Shown piece after piece: positions 39,880 to 53,901 of a DNA stretch of 64,000 nt. This DNA comes from Amoeboaphelidium protococcarum X5 (Eukaryota; Fungi; Aphelidiomycota). Numbering within the stretch: position 1 is the stretch's first letter; each line of letters starts with the position of its first letter. Where the stretch lies: contig JALDTO010000158.1 in the NCBI GenBank assembly GCA_023515725.1, positions 310,001 to 374,000 on the forward strand, read 5' to 3'. The translations under genes were made by a program, and so were the position numbers. Below the pieces are notes generated by a model. It searched no databases, was not told where the DNA came from, and worked only from the letters and a program-made list of their open reading frames with translations.

Positions 39880-41025
39880 TCATGGTCCAACGTCCTACCT
39901 ATATCGTTACTTTTAAAGAGTAATCAGACCAGCGACCATGGTAAGAGTACTAGCAATAGTGGAGGTGACAACTTTCCATACAAGAGTCTTGTCGCGTTTA
40001 AACGGAATTGCTGGGCGCATTGTATGAAGAACAAGCCATGAGGCAAGTAGCGTAAAGCAGAGGCAATAGCTGAGATGGAATGCAACTAACGCGTATGGAT
40101 GATGCACAACAGTAGATAGAATGTTGCCAATCGCGTGTATAAAGCCCGCCTGGGACAACAATTGCCAGCACCCGAATTTACAGCATTTTCTTTACTTGAT
40201 CATCAGGGGATCCTGAGAGTTCATCATTGATTTAAACAGTTGGTACCATGTGAAATCCAGGATCAATCCTTACCACTTGAAGTATATGGCATCTAAAGGA
40301 GCTGGCAGAAGCATGACAATGAACTCTGTCAAAGTATAATAAACCATCACTATCACAGTGCCCTTCTTTATGGAGAATCTCGTGAATGAAGTTGCCTACA
40401 GTGTCATGATGAGCATCAGTTCACACACGTTATGCAGAGCACCCACACATGACCAAAGTTTACCAGCTCCGATCAAACCAAATGCAACACATGCCCACAC
40501 TGTGACTATAATGTATGATAAAAGCACCGCCTACAAACTTAGAAATCTCCAATCAAATATCGTAGAGTCTGCAACCAAATTATAATCCTTAGAGAGGAAA
40601 TCAGATTCAGAAGCACCCTTCTGTGTTGCAGTCTTACCATGATCACCACCAAATAGCACACCTTGGAATGGAAAAGATTTCTCAATTGTCTCAACTATTC
40701 CACCATGTCTCGAGGCATTCTAATCTTTAGTACTGGACGAGTTTGATCTGATTTATACTTGATTAGCCATTATCATGTTGTACATGAGCCATGAAAATCT
40801 CCATAACGCCACCGCCATTGGCACAGCGAAGCACATTCCAAGGCATAGAGTAACAGTAACGCTCATTCCATCCATCTGCTCAGAATTAAACAATGTTGAG
40901 GATATCCACACAGGGTATCCAGTACGCTTGCTTAATGGGAACTCACTCATAGATTTGGTATTCGGTGCTCCATTACATCTTATAACTATCGACAGCAGAA
41001 AAGTAACAAGGAAGCCTACACTCAT
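39880..41025 (-). CDS. Hypothetical multi-pass membrane protein with N-terminal signal, 381 aa
   Basis: Single table-6 ORF with about 7 hydrophobic segments. Confidence 0.65.
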
Positions 41026-41325
41026 TTATTTATCTTTGTAGAAACCTATATTATAGAATCTAGTTGTAGAATCGATTCCGAATGTTAAACAGCAACAATA
41101 GACTTGTTAATCAATCAATCAATGAATCGACCTAATACAGAAATTGAAACGATGGAAACGGGCGTTTAACTTGCAGCACATTCAAACAAAGGGAAACTTT
41201 TCACATTTCTATTCATTATTTCTATTAATTACGTGAATTCATTTCATTATTAAATTACTGATATTGTCGGTGTTTTTGTGGGTATCATGTTAGTTCTATC
41301 AATTCTATCGCATCACAGCATATTA

Positions 41326-42408
41326 TCATCTTGGAGTTCTCACAACACCAACATTAGATTGTAGGGGATTACAGTCGCGGCGTAAATTTTCAGGATCACT
41401 GTAAAAGCGTTTGTATTCCTCTCTCAGCAGCTTTGCAATAGTCTGGTAGTGTTCAGTCACTTGCTTACTTTCCAATTTCCACAGCTTGGCCACTACTCTG
41501 GAGATGATTTGACGTACACAGCTCTGCTTCAGCTCCTTGTGACGACAACTGCGGTAAATTATAAATGCATTTGGAGGCTTGGGTACCTTCACAGAATCAA
41601 GTAGTTAGTCTCCTTCCTCGACATAAAGCTACAACTGACTTAATGGCTTTGGGTGATAACGCGTCAAAGCATCTTCAACAGACAGCAAATCACAGCCTTT
41701 AGTCAGAGTGTGCTTTAATTTCACGTCAGCTTGACGCAGAGAGCTTGACACGACAAGATATCCAAACTGGTCCGTGCGAATACTGAAACTGTCTTCCGCT
41801 TGTATTCTAACACTTTACTTGCTCTCATCATGCCCAGTACCCCTAGAGGCGACCGATTCTTAACTCAGCTTCTCGTCATCAAACTCGATATCGCGATCAT
41901 CGTCATTCTAGAATGCTTTTACATCAGCTAACGTGGCATGATTAGTAAAGGTAGTGTTATCAGCGACATTTGATTAGTAGCTTTATCCAGAACGCGTTCT
42001 AATCAAACGCCCAAACGGATTCGCCCCTTGGAGGGGGAGCGTTGAATTAACTTTGTCAGGGGCCACGGTGAGCGAATTAGCGGAGATATCAACTTGATGG
42101 TAAACTTGATAGATGGTATTGGATCTCATATCAGAGGAGATATTGGAATTGCCGTAATCTTTATTATCCAAAAGATCAGTCTTTGCGTTGTCGCCGCCAG
42201 ATTCCAGATAGAAGCCTGGATATTGTTGTTGGTGCGAAAACAACACGGAATTCGGGGAGCTAGTTCGAGATGGCGCATCGTCCCAGCTAGTATTGTTCAG
42301 CAGCGTGTCAAAATCAAAAGACAGAACATTGAAATTATCTTACTCTAAAATGGAATCATTAACTTGAGGCAGGTACATTGTAGGGGATTCAGTTCTTGTG
42401 AAAGGCAT
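41326..42408 (-). CDS. MATA-type HMG-box transcription factor, 360 aa (C-terminal HMG box)
   Basis: KVPKPPNAFIIYRSCRHKELK..ISRVVAKLWKLES..HYQTIAKLLREEYKRFY; the upstream frame is open to ATG 42408. Confidence 0.85.
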
Positions 42409-42944
42409 CGCATCTTTACTTTCTACACACGTGGGATATTGATAAAGATGATTTCGCGACAATGCAACGTATTGTACTTACACTATCCAGCCATAGAGCT
42501 TTAGGCGTCAGTAAAGCTAAAGGAATCCATAAGGCTCAGCTACGTCGAATGATGGTGGACTCAGTGTATAATATCTAGATATCGCAGCTGGCTTATCAAA
42601 TTTTTGACAGATTTTTGGGCGCTAAAGAACCGTCCGCCCCTTATTTAAGATGTTGATCAACACTGGAGGCCTAGAACTTTACTTACAATGGTAAAATATG
42701 ACTTCTCAAACGATGAATTATAAATTTATGTTAATATACTTATTCTCATCTTCTCCAGAGCTATAAGATGATACTTTTATCACTTGGATATGTCCGATAA
42801 TGAGTAAACGGTATCACTGATCTTCAAGGGGCGTGTGGCGCTGCATAGGCAACTGATAGACACGGAATTACGAAAGGTTAAAGCTATACTGCGATGGATT
42901 GTGCACACACATCCAAAATGAGTTAGTTTATGATATAATTCCGT

Positions 42945-44411
42945 TCAACGTCTAACGGATGATCTACCACGGTTTAACAAAGCATAGACTTCACCGGAGG
43001 AATCATAAACTGTTTGTCTTACCGTACTTTGCGCAGGTAATTGGCCAATTTCTCGAGAGTGACTTACATTCAACATATCGCCATGCATGCTGTCGATATA
43101 AGGTGCTTGTGTTTGTGCAAGCAACTTAGATTTAGACGCGTTAGTCGGTAGATAATCCTAATTAAACGTGTTCGCTTGTTGCTTTGAAGCCAACTGTCTC
43201 AACTATTCTTTGTCAAACAGTCTTCTAGGAGCAATTTGGCCAATATTCTCTGTATCCATGTCTTCAGCAACACGTTCAATAAGAGAAATGGGACTTTCTG
43301 GGACTTCGCACACCATACGATTAGGATTGGCATCTCTCTGAACCTTTGATACCGTTTGGCTATTTTAAGAGATGTTTGCTAGTTCTTTGGGAATATGCGT
43401 ACTAGAGGCCGAGAGTTACTTTTTGTGAACAATAAATGGCTTAAACATTGGACTTTGTAGCAATTATTAGGCAGAAGATCTTTCCTAAGGCTGCCATCTG
43501 ATGCAACTCTAAAGGCAGCTATTAATGAATCCACTGAATGGAGGACGCGTCAATTCCGTCGACGCAGCAGCTTTGAATGGCGGAATAGATTATTGATACT
43601 ATTGCGATTGCCGATTGAAATCAACTTAATGCCTTAAGACAGGATACTTTTTCTTAAGCATTGTCAAAAGCTCGATTTCTTTTAATTGAATGTCAATAAC
43701 TTATAAATCACTCGGACCACCAAGTTTCAAGCATATTTAATGCAACATGTCAATCTCAGTTTGAGCATCAAACAGTGGCTACAAAGTCACCATTTCGTAC
43801 AATATACAGCCAAAAGCCCATATGTCAATAGACTGATCATATTGTTGAAATTTTAAAATAATCTCGGGTGCCCGATACCATCGAGTAGCGATATACTATG
43901 TAAGTGGACTCGGATCTCCAATAAAACGCGCAAGTCCAAAGTCAGCAATTTTTACCTTCATTGTATGCAGCAGATCACCAGATATATCAACCAGTATATT
44001 TTCAGGCTTCAAGTCACGGTGGAATATTCCATTCGCGTGCATATAACTCAAACCATCCAAAATGCTGCCAGAAACAATTGAAACCAAATTGAAGTTCCAA
44101 TCCAAATGATCGTGTTTCAGAATCAGATCATACAAGGAGCCACAGCGGATATAGTCAAACACAAAGTATAATTAGTTCTTCTCCTTAATTACTTCTCTCA
44201 GCTTGATAATATTGATGTGGTTGAGTCTCTTCAAAGTCTTCAATTCACGCAAACGCAAGCACTCCTCCCAGTCTTTGAAAGTCTTCTTCATTTTCTTGAT
44301 CGCCACCTGACGCGTATTAGTAGAATGGGCATTGGAGTTCTTTATATTTGCAAGTAGCACTTGACCAAAAGAGCCATCACCCAGTATCTTGACCACTTGG
44401 TACTTGTTCAT
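42945..44411 (-). CDS. MAK/ICK/Ime2-family Ser/Thr kinase, about 488 aa
   Basis: [42 protein letters not shown], activation loop [15 protein letters not shown] (TxY). Confidence 0.9.
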
Positions 44412-44724
44412 AAGAAGTTATGAATACGAATATCTCTCTTAAACGCGTTGAATATTGCACAATGCACAGAGTAAAGGAAATTTGAAACGACGTTGATGTT
44501 TAAAACGGTTGAACAAAGCAAGAGATAAATAAACTACAGAAGAAATGTCCACGGCGAGATAAAATTCTAGCAGTTCTATTGTTAATTGTCACAACACCAT
44601 GCGGTAGAGATATGTGCAACCATTTTATTTATCAAAAAAAACCATAGCGGGAGAGCTAAGCGTCTAACGAGGGAGGATACAAGTTAGGAGAACGATGCAG
44701 AGCCAGAACACATACAACAATTAT

Positions 44725-45810
44725 TCACTCCAAAGGCGACATGTCACGCGTAATGATCCTCGAGTTACGCGTTTTCGCATTAGATGATGCATTGGCCAAT
44801 ACCGAAGGTGTAGCAGAAGCCAAACCAATCCCAGCTACACTGAATGCCCCTAAATCTGTGTTTATACTCAAAGATGGCTTCCTTTGGTGATTATTCTACA
44901 CTGCAACAGATTTTCTAGCGAGATTAGGCACTGATGAGGCATACGCAATACCAGTCTAAGTTTGTGTTTAAAGATTGGAGATGGACGGTAATGGTAGCAT
45001 CTTCTTTGCACTTCCTAGACCAAACACAGTGGCAGAGTGAACAGATCCAGAATAGTTACTAGCCGAGTCATTGCCATCTTTTCTAACATGTCTCAACTTT
45101 TTTTCCCTTAAAGGAAGGACATTCATACTGGACAACTGGGGAGATTAAGATGATGACAATGGTGATGTAACTTCAGACTTTTATTTCATATTGTCAGACT
45201 AAGATGCACCACTAGTCGAGTAATTCTTATTCCAGCCAAGGCTAAGCTGATGGAGAACGACTGGCAGCACGTCACATAAAGTACTTCTGATCCGCTCTGT
45301 AATCTCTTTAGTTATTAATTCATTAACTCCCAATTCATCAAAAGTACTGGTAATCTTCAGCCCTTGCAATGGATCGTTCTTGAAGTTAACCGTCAACCCA
45401 TTCTATTTACTATAAGCAACAGACATGATGGCATCTAACTCCAATTGCGAGATCGTTAAAGCCAGAGGAAGTACCAATGGTTTATACGCAGCTCTAGCGC
45501 CAGTGCGAAGGAGCGAATGTTATTGCTGATGGTGCAGGCGACTTAGAGGATTGATTTAAACTTTAGCTTTAATTTAGATAAATGCATCGCCGCTGTATGA
45601 TACTTTTAAAATTCCCTTTATCCTCTGCAACTCCAAGGAACTTATCTCTATAATCTCTGCATGTGGAGGTTGGGAGCCCATGAATAAATCATTTACTTCT
45701 ATATCTGATATAACGTCGTTCTTGATATCATTCAATGCTTTCGCTATGTGCAGCTTGGCAAATGCATAGAACTCTTCATTGAACTCGGGCCAGTTAAATC
45801 TTAATGACAT
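44725..45810 (-). CDS. MDM34: ERMES complex SMP-domain protein Mdm34, 361 aa
   Basis: MSLRFNWPEF..ALN..IEVNDLFMGSQPP..EI..GILKVSYSGDA..KVQINPL..FKNDPL..ITSTFD. Confidence 0.88.
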
Positions 45811-45965
45811 TCAAAAATATATATAAATATTATCACCGCAGATAGATTTTATCTAATAATTAACAAGTGCGAATAATGTACATGGATGGAAACAGAAACA
45901 AAAGCATTAAAGCGAAAGTACGATATGCTGAACGGGGCATTTATCATGATGAAAGGACAAGCTTA

Positions 45966-46604
45966 TCATATTCTAGTCAAACGGTTCATCGGCGATACAG
46001 CGTGAGTACTCCTATAATTGACAATATGCGGCAACCTTCTAGCTAAGCTGACACGGTCTTACACATTCTTAGTAGCTCTCAAAGCTGCTCTGTATGACGA
46101 CAACGTAGAAGTTCTGCCAGTCAGTTGATGAATTTTCGCGTGTGTCGCGTCGATATCACGGCGAACTTGCTTTAACGCATACGATGGATCGAAAACCTAG
46201 CTAATAACTGGCTCAAATCCTGTGAGAACATTGTAGTGCTTCAAGTATTGATCCATAGAGTAATCGCATTGATACTGCTCAGAGATAGCGTCTTTATTGA
46301 AGACATCGCGCGGTACTTGATAATTTCCCAGCCCATCTTCAACTGCAGAACACTGCCGAAGCGACTTTTCCAGTTTTATCAAGGTGAGCAGTTTTCCAGT
46401 TTCTTCACTTGTTCCCTAAATACTACTGATCAGTTCATCAAGAGACTGATCCAGCGCGCTCTCAACGTACGCGTCTTGACTCCAAGCATGATCGGCATTA
46501 TCAGATTCGATTACATCAGACAGATCATCAGCATCACTAGTCTCTACAGGAACAGTAAAGACAATTTGCAAAGAGATTAAAAGTATCAGTACCAGTCTAA
46601 TCAT
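45966..46604 (-). CDS. Hypothetical secreted protein, 212 aa
   Basis: Signal peptide MIRLVLILLISLQIVFT; acidic N-terminal half and basic C-terminal half; TGA stop. Confidence 0.65.
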
Positions 46605-46824
46605 ATCGTTCTCTATAATATCCAGTGTATTGCTGTTTTTAGATAAAGATGATGCTGATAGTGGTAAAAGGCCCTTTAAGCGTGGGAAAGCTGCCCCTTA
46701 CAACGCGAATCGTATTGATCACATCAAGATTTAAACTCTGAAGTTCGATTCAATTTTCTTTTACGCGTTGCAATATCATAAAGAGAAAATATTCCGAAAA
46801 GTAAATAATATCAACGTTGCTATC

Positions 46825-47277
46825 ATGGTTATGAAATCTATCCTAGCTGTCCTGGCGCTCTATACACTATCTGCTGATGCTATGTACGGTCTATACGGCT
46901 AAACAGCTGCTGCCCCTTCTCGCTTTTCCGCTGGCCCTTACCGTAGTAGTGCCATCGCTTCTACTGTGCGCTATCCTGCCGTATCTAAGGTGAGCGCAAT
47001 GTCTTAATATAATGGTGATAATGGCTTTGGCGATACTTATTCAAAAAAGGATCAGGACTCTGATATTGATTTTGGCTTTGGTAAGACACCTGGTTTCGCT
47101 CAAGGACTTTACGAAGATATCGATTCTCTGAATTCCCCTCACAGCCAATCTGCCCAATCTTCCCATTCAGAGGAACCTTACTCCAAGGGCTTAGATTACG
47201 ATTCTTTCAGTTAATTCATCCCTAAATCTTCATCTGATGGGAAAGATTACGATGGCAGTTATGATTATCTGGATTGA
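46825..47277 (+). CDS. Hypothetical secreted S/G/D/Y-rich protein, 150 aa
   Basis: Signal peptide MVMKSILAVLALYTLSADA; ORF visible only in table 6; TGA 47275-47277. Confidence 0.65.
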
Positions 47278-47387
47278 TTAGTCCTTAGGCACTGAAGGTT
47301 ATCGGCCGTCCTGACTTATTGAAGGTGAAATATTTTTAGATTAATAAATTAAGTAGAATCCCATTTATTCCCTTTTTGTTTATCATA

Positions 47388-48985
<1,598 letters not shown>

Positions 48986-49259
48986 ATTAATAATATTAAC
49001 AAAGCGGAAAAATTAACTTTTCTACGGTACCTACAGTATAACGGCGATCGGAACAGGAAGAAGACGATGCGAGTTGAAAATGGAGATTCAACGGCTGATG
49101 ACTCAGCATAATAAAAAAACCTGACGTAATCTGAACAATCCCTATATCGATTAATTGCGCAAGTTATCTAAATTGTATTTTATTACCAAAAATGTAAGGC
49201 CCATTAAACATTACATCACAGCCAAGACTTAAAATGGCAGCTCCACATAGCTTAAGATC

Positions 49260-50171
49260 TCAGGCATCGCTTTCAGGGATTCTCTGTAACGCGTAAATCC
49301 ATTCTAAAGCACCATATATAATGACGATAGGTGCTATTATAAAAGGCGCAATGAACCAAGTAAGATGGCCAGTGATTGCTAACAATATAAAGAGATAACT
49401 GAGGCAGTACGTGACAGCCAGCACTCTATAGATGCCTAATGTCCTTCTGCAAACTGTATTATTACCTATCAAACACTGAAGTATCACAGTAGTGAACCAT
49501 AAAGCGGCAATCACAATACTGACAATAGCTAAATGTCTGTACGTGGCAATAGGATGATCAAATTGATGCTCGAAGCGATGCAAGTTATTATAGGGCGCTA
49601 TCCCATCAGGCTATCCATTGACTCTTTAACCGTCATTGAGCAAGCTACGACTCTTCGCTATACAATCCGCCACGAACCCATTAGTTTCAGACATTAAACG
49701 GATAAGACGATGGGTGCTCTCACGTGGATCATGTTGAGCACTGTCCAGAATGTCTAGAACTTGTTCTGCTTCATAGCTACTACCAGTTGCTTGTGTGACA
49801 AAGTGGACCAATCTCTGAGACGCGTCAGCATAGCTCGCCCCCTGAGTGAAGCGCGAGACCATTTGGCGAGAATTTTCAACCATTATTGGTGCCATCTACT
49901 TAGCATGCTCAATGATAGGATCCAGGGAGAAGGACACACCATCCATTGTATTCTTGGCCATCTACTTGATAGCTTATATCACCATCTTATCACCGCCAGT
50001 CATCTCATTCATCAGACAATTGAAGACATGCTTGTCATTGATAAAATCACCACTATGCAAGACGGCATTAATATCAGACTTCATGAAAGCTCCGACGCGC
50101 ATTGACTGAATCGCAGGGAAGAAGCAATTAGCCCACAGAACCAGCCATGAAAACAGAAGCGCGTAAAACAT
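49260..50171 (-). CDS. Hypothetical protein with signal peptide and C-terminal TM helices, 303 aa
   Basis: Three supplied ORFs join in one frame under table 6. Confidence 0.6.
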
Positions 50172-50684
50172 CTCTGAATAGTGTTCGATAAATTTTTTTT
50201 AATGGGAGCCGTTTTAACTTGAAAAAGGAATGTGGCGCAGATTTAAATCCCGCTCGAACGAAATTCATTTTGACATGTGTAGCACGTGCTGAGCCGTAGT
50301 TGTACACTACGACCAAACGCTGATTGAATTTCGTAATCATCGAGTGTTTTGTATCAGATGTGGAACATCATTTACATTTAAAAAATAGCCGGCACATATA
50401 AACAGTGAACTCTTCCTTTCTAATGATATTTGCAATCCCCTTACAAAGCAGAAATTTACAGCGAATGCATGAAAATACTAAGATGTCAACGAATTGTATG
50501 GCACTGAGTGTGAAACTATGGCGTCTATCTTCAGAACATAACCAAGATATTAAATAAAACACGCTCTGAAAGATGTGATTTAGGCTGAATTCGCAAATAC
50601 CATAGAAGAGAAACTTGCAGTCTTTCTGGACATGCAAGCCCCGTTGAATTAAAAAATCCATAGATTCTAAAACTGTACATTATA

Positions 50685-52535
50685 TCAATATCTTTCAACT
50701 TGAACGAGGACTTGGTCATCTCCATCATGAGACGATTGACCATCAAAAGACGCGATTGACATTTGACTGGCGCGACCATTTTTCATGTTGAAAACAGAAA
50801 TCCAGCCAATAGACGATCCAGCAGCATCAATCTCTGTCATTAGCTGATCTACCAATTCTCGAGTCATTAAAGGATTATTAAATACAGCACGCCAAAATTG
50901 CGGAACTTCTACAGCCTACTCACCGTCTTTATATGAGAATGGAGCGTAATCGATCATGAACTTTCCGCGTTTACGCACAAGATGATGCACCTTTCTAGTG
51001 AACACTGACAGCATATTTCGATAAAAATCATAATCAGCACTCTTTACCGCACTTACTAACTTTTGAGTATCACCGCCAAAGTCCCTCACTTAGTTGCGTA
51101 TATTCTCAGGCAGAATTTTGATTAGAGTGTCATAGCTTGGCACCCACCAGAATGTCACATTTGTGAATTAAGGCTAGACAAACGGAATAAATGTACCACA
51201 AAATCGACCACGATCGCTGTTGTTAAGCTAAGTATATAAGTACTTTGCATTGGCCAAAGCGAGATCGACTCGCTGAGAGAAACTACTTTAGCCTTCATAC
51301 GCCCAAGTGAGAAACAGCTTGAAGGCATCAGCTCTCCTTCCACATCCCAAAGTATTCTGTCCGATATCCCAAGAGGACATTCCACTTGGTAATACGGAAC
51401 TTTCTTATTTAGAGGATTAGGGAGACAGAAGACTGTTCATATCATCACTATCAGCATCGGCATCATTATGGAATAGATATCCAACCTTGAGAGAATTAGC
51501 CTGAGCCTTGCTTCCAACTTTAAGCAGCAAAGCGCTACACAGCAATGGGATACCCATGAGCTTATGAGGATTCCACGTAATAGAATCACATAAATCGCTG
51601 CCACTCAAATACACTCGTGACTCTGCATTGGAACTTAATGCCAGAGATCCGCCCCAACTTGCATCCAAATGAACCCACAGTCCGTACTTATGCGCAATAT
51701 TGACACATTCTTTAATATTGTCAAAAGAGCCTAGTACGGTAGTTCCAGCCGTGATATGGAGAAAGAATGGCCTCACCTGAGATTATGAATCTTCAAGAGT
51801 TGATTATAGATACCTCTGTAAATCATCCACGAAGATACATCCATCGATATCACAGTCGATGCCAATGATATTCTGGGGCATCAGTCCGGCAGTCAGACAG
51901 GCATGTTTAACAGAGTAATGAGCACTTGATGAGGTGATAACTTGCAGCGGACCATATCTATTAGCAAAGCGGTATTTGGAGTCAATTTTAGATGATATGT
52001 GCTTAGTTGACACGTACTCGGGAAACATGAAATTGCGCGCAGTAATGAGAGCGTGAAGATTTGAATAAGATCCACCAGGTAAGAAGAAGCCACCACATAC
52101 GCCAGCCTAGTAACCCATCAGCGATCCCAATTTTTATATCATTTTCAGCTCCACCATGGTAAAGAATGGACTAGTGTGATAGACGTGAACATTAGTGTTC
52201 AGAACAGCAATGATCATCTCAGCAATCACACTGACTGGCCGCACGCCTGCGTACAGTTTATCCATAAATCGCGGCGACCACGTACGTATAGAGAATTATA
52301 AAGTCTACTTGATTACATTTTAGAAGATTTCCATATTCTTTTCATCGCCGATAAATTAATCATCAATTAAGTTAAGTAAGTCGTGAAGCTGAGTTTATAA
52401 CTGAGTGGGATTGCGAGCTATATCGTTGATGATCGGTTAATCAACACTTTCACACTCTGCAATATACTTGACTATCAGTGGCCGCACTATATCAAATAGT
52501 TTGTCCATCTCTATGGCATCATTATCTGCAATCAT
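50685..52535 (-). CDS. Group II PLP-dependent decarboxylase (GAD/CSAD-like), 616 aa
   Basis: PRFMDKLYAG, NTNVHVYHTSPFFT.VE, PGGSYSN, AGTTVLGSFD, WVHLDASWGG, SITWNPHKLMG (PLP lysine). Confidence 0.92.
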
Positions 52536-52955
52536 TTTGATATGTTTAACTGATATTCAATCTATTAGATAATTATTAAACTCATTCAGGTTGAAGAAAG
52601 TAAAAAGGGAAGGTTTGATCTGATCTTACTTGGCAACAACAACAACGCAATCACACTCATTCCAATCCATTCGAGCAGACGGAAACGAAATGTATACTAA
52701 AATCTCACGTACTTAAGAATAGACAGAAGTTGATACAATCTTTGGGTGCAGTGATAATACTTCAATAATTTAACGCTTTCCAGGATCACGTTCTGACAGC
52801 TTGATAACTTGTGCTGTTCATTAATTCCTAAATCTGTTTAAGATTAGTAGACTTTAGATTCAAAACTTTCTCTATACCATTCTAATAGAAAGTTATTAGT
52901 CTCGCCACCAAAAAGTAGAGCCAAGTATTAATTTTAAACATCCAGAGTAATAAAA

Positions 52956-53027
52956 AGGCGTTACTCGGATTCGAACCGAGGTTATGCGAGTTAGAGTCGC
53001 GTGTCCTTACCACTAGACGATAACGCA
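52956..53027 (-). tRNA. tRNA with CUA anticodon (reads UAG), probably tRNA-Gln(CUA)
   Basis: Cloverleaf TGCGTTA TC GTCT AGTGGTAA GGAC A CGCGA CT-CTA-AC TCGCA TAAC CTCGG TTCGAAT CCGAG TAACGCC T, followed by a T-run terminator; anticodon at 52992-52994. Confidence 0.9.
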
Positions 53028-53603
53028 TTTTACACAGTAAATACATGAAAATTGAGCCATTGATTGTATATGTATCCAAAGCATCTGTGGTATTATGAAA
53101 ATAAACGATCAAACAAAAGTCTACTTGGATCCCCATCCAAGTGCGGTAAAAATTCAAAATATTTAAATACAATATGTATCATTAGTTTTTGTTAACATTG
53201 GAAATGCTTTTCATAAGTCTTAAGTGTACATACAAAGATTGCTTGGGGTCGCTTTAAGAAACATTACTCATATACGCTAGCCATGTCCCTCTGTCTGGGC
53301 CTTTCATTTAGTCCATCCAAGGCTCAGAACTATTTACAGAACGCAAAGACCATATTCCGCTCAGTCCAGCACAACTATGCTTGATTTATTTCCATTGCGA
53401 TACAACGAACGTGTTTTAAATGACAATTGTTTGCAAATTAATGATATAACTTCTGACAAAAGTAATGTATTCATGAATTGAGATTGATGTCAAGATCACG
53501 GCGCTTAAATCGCGTCTTCTACCAGCTGCCAATCAAAGGAATCTTAACGGCATTTTTGTTGCTGAACTGCCGGAATATATTCAATAAAACTCTTCACTTT
53601 CAT

Positions 53604-53901
53604 TTTAACTTAGGACAGATTATATACACAATAGGAACAGACAGGAAGTTATATACAAGGACTAGGAGTCAAGCAGAGACACTAACAGAAATACGGGAAG
53701 ATAAAATATGTTAATAAGATAAATACTCTAATTAACACGTTAAGTGGAAGAAATCAATGTTCATAAGAGGCGCGCATATATACTGCAGATACTTGCCTAT
53801 TCGAGATCTAATTGATGAAAGAGGCGCGCACTTGAAACAATGTTGATCATCTAAGCCCCATAGAGTCTTCTGTTGATACTTGATCGACGCGTGTGCTAAC
53901 A
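53604..53901 (-). repeat. 3' LTR
   Basis: Identical by eye to 58706-59003; preceded by the PPT on the minus strand. Confidence 0.95.
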
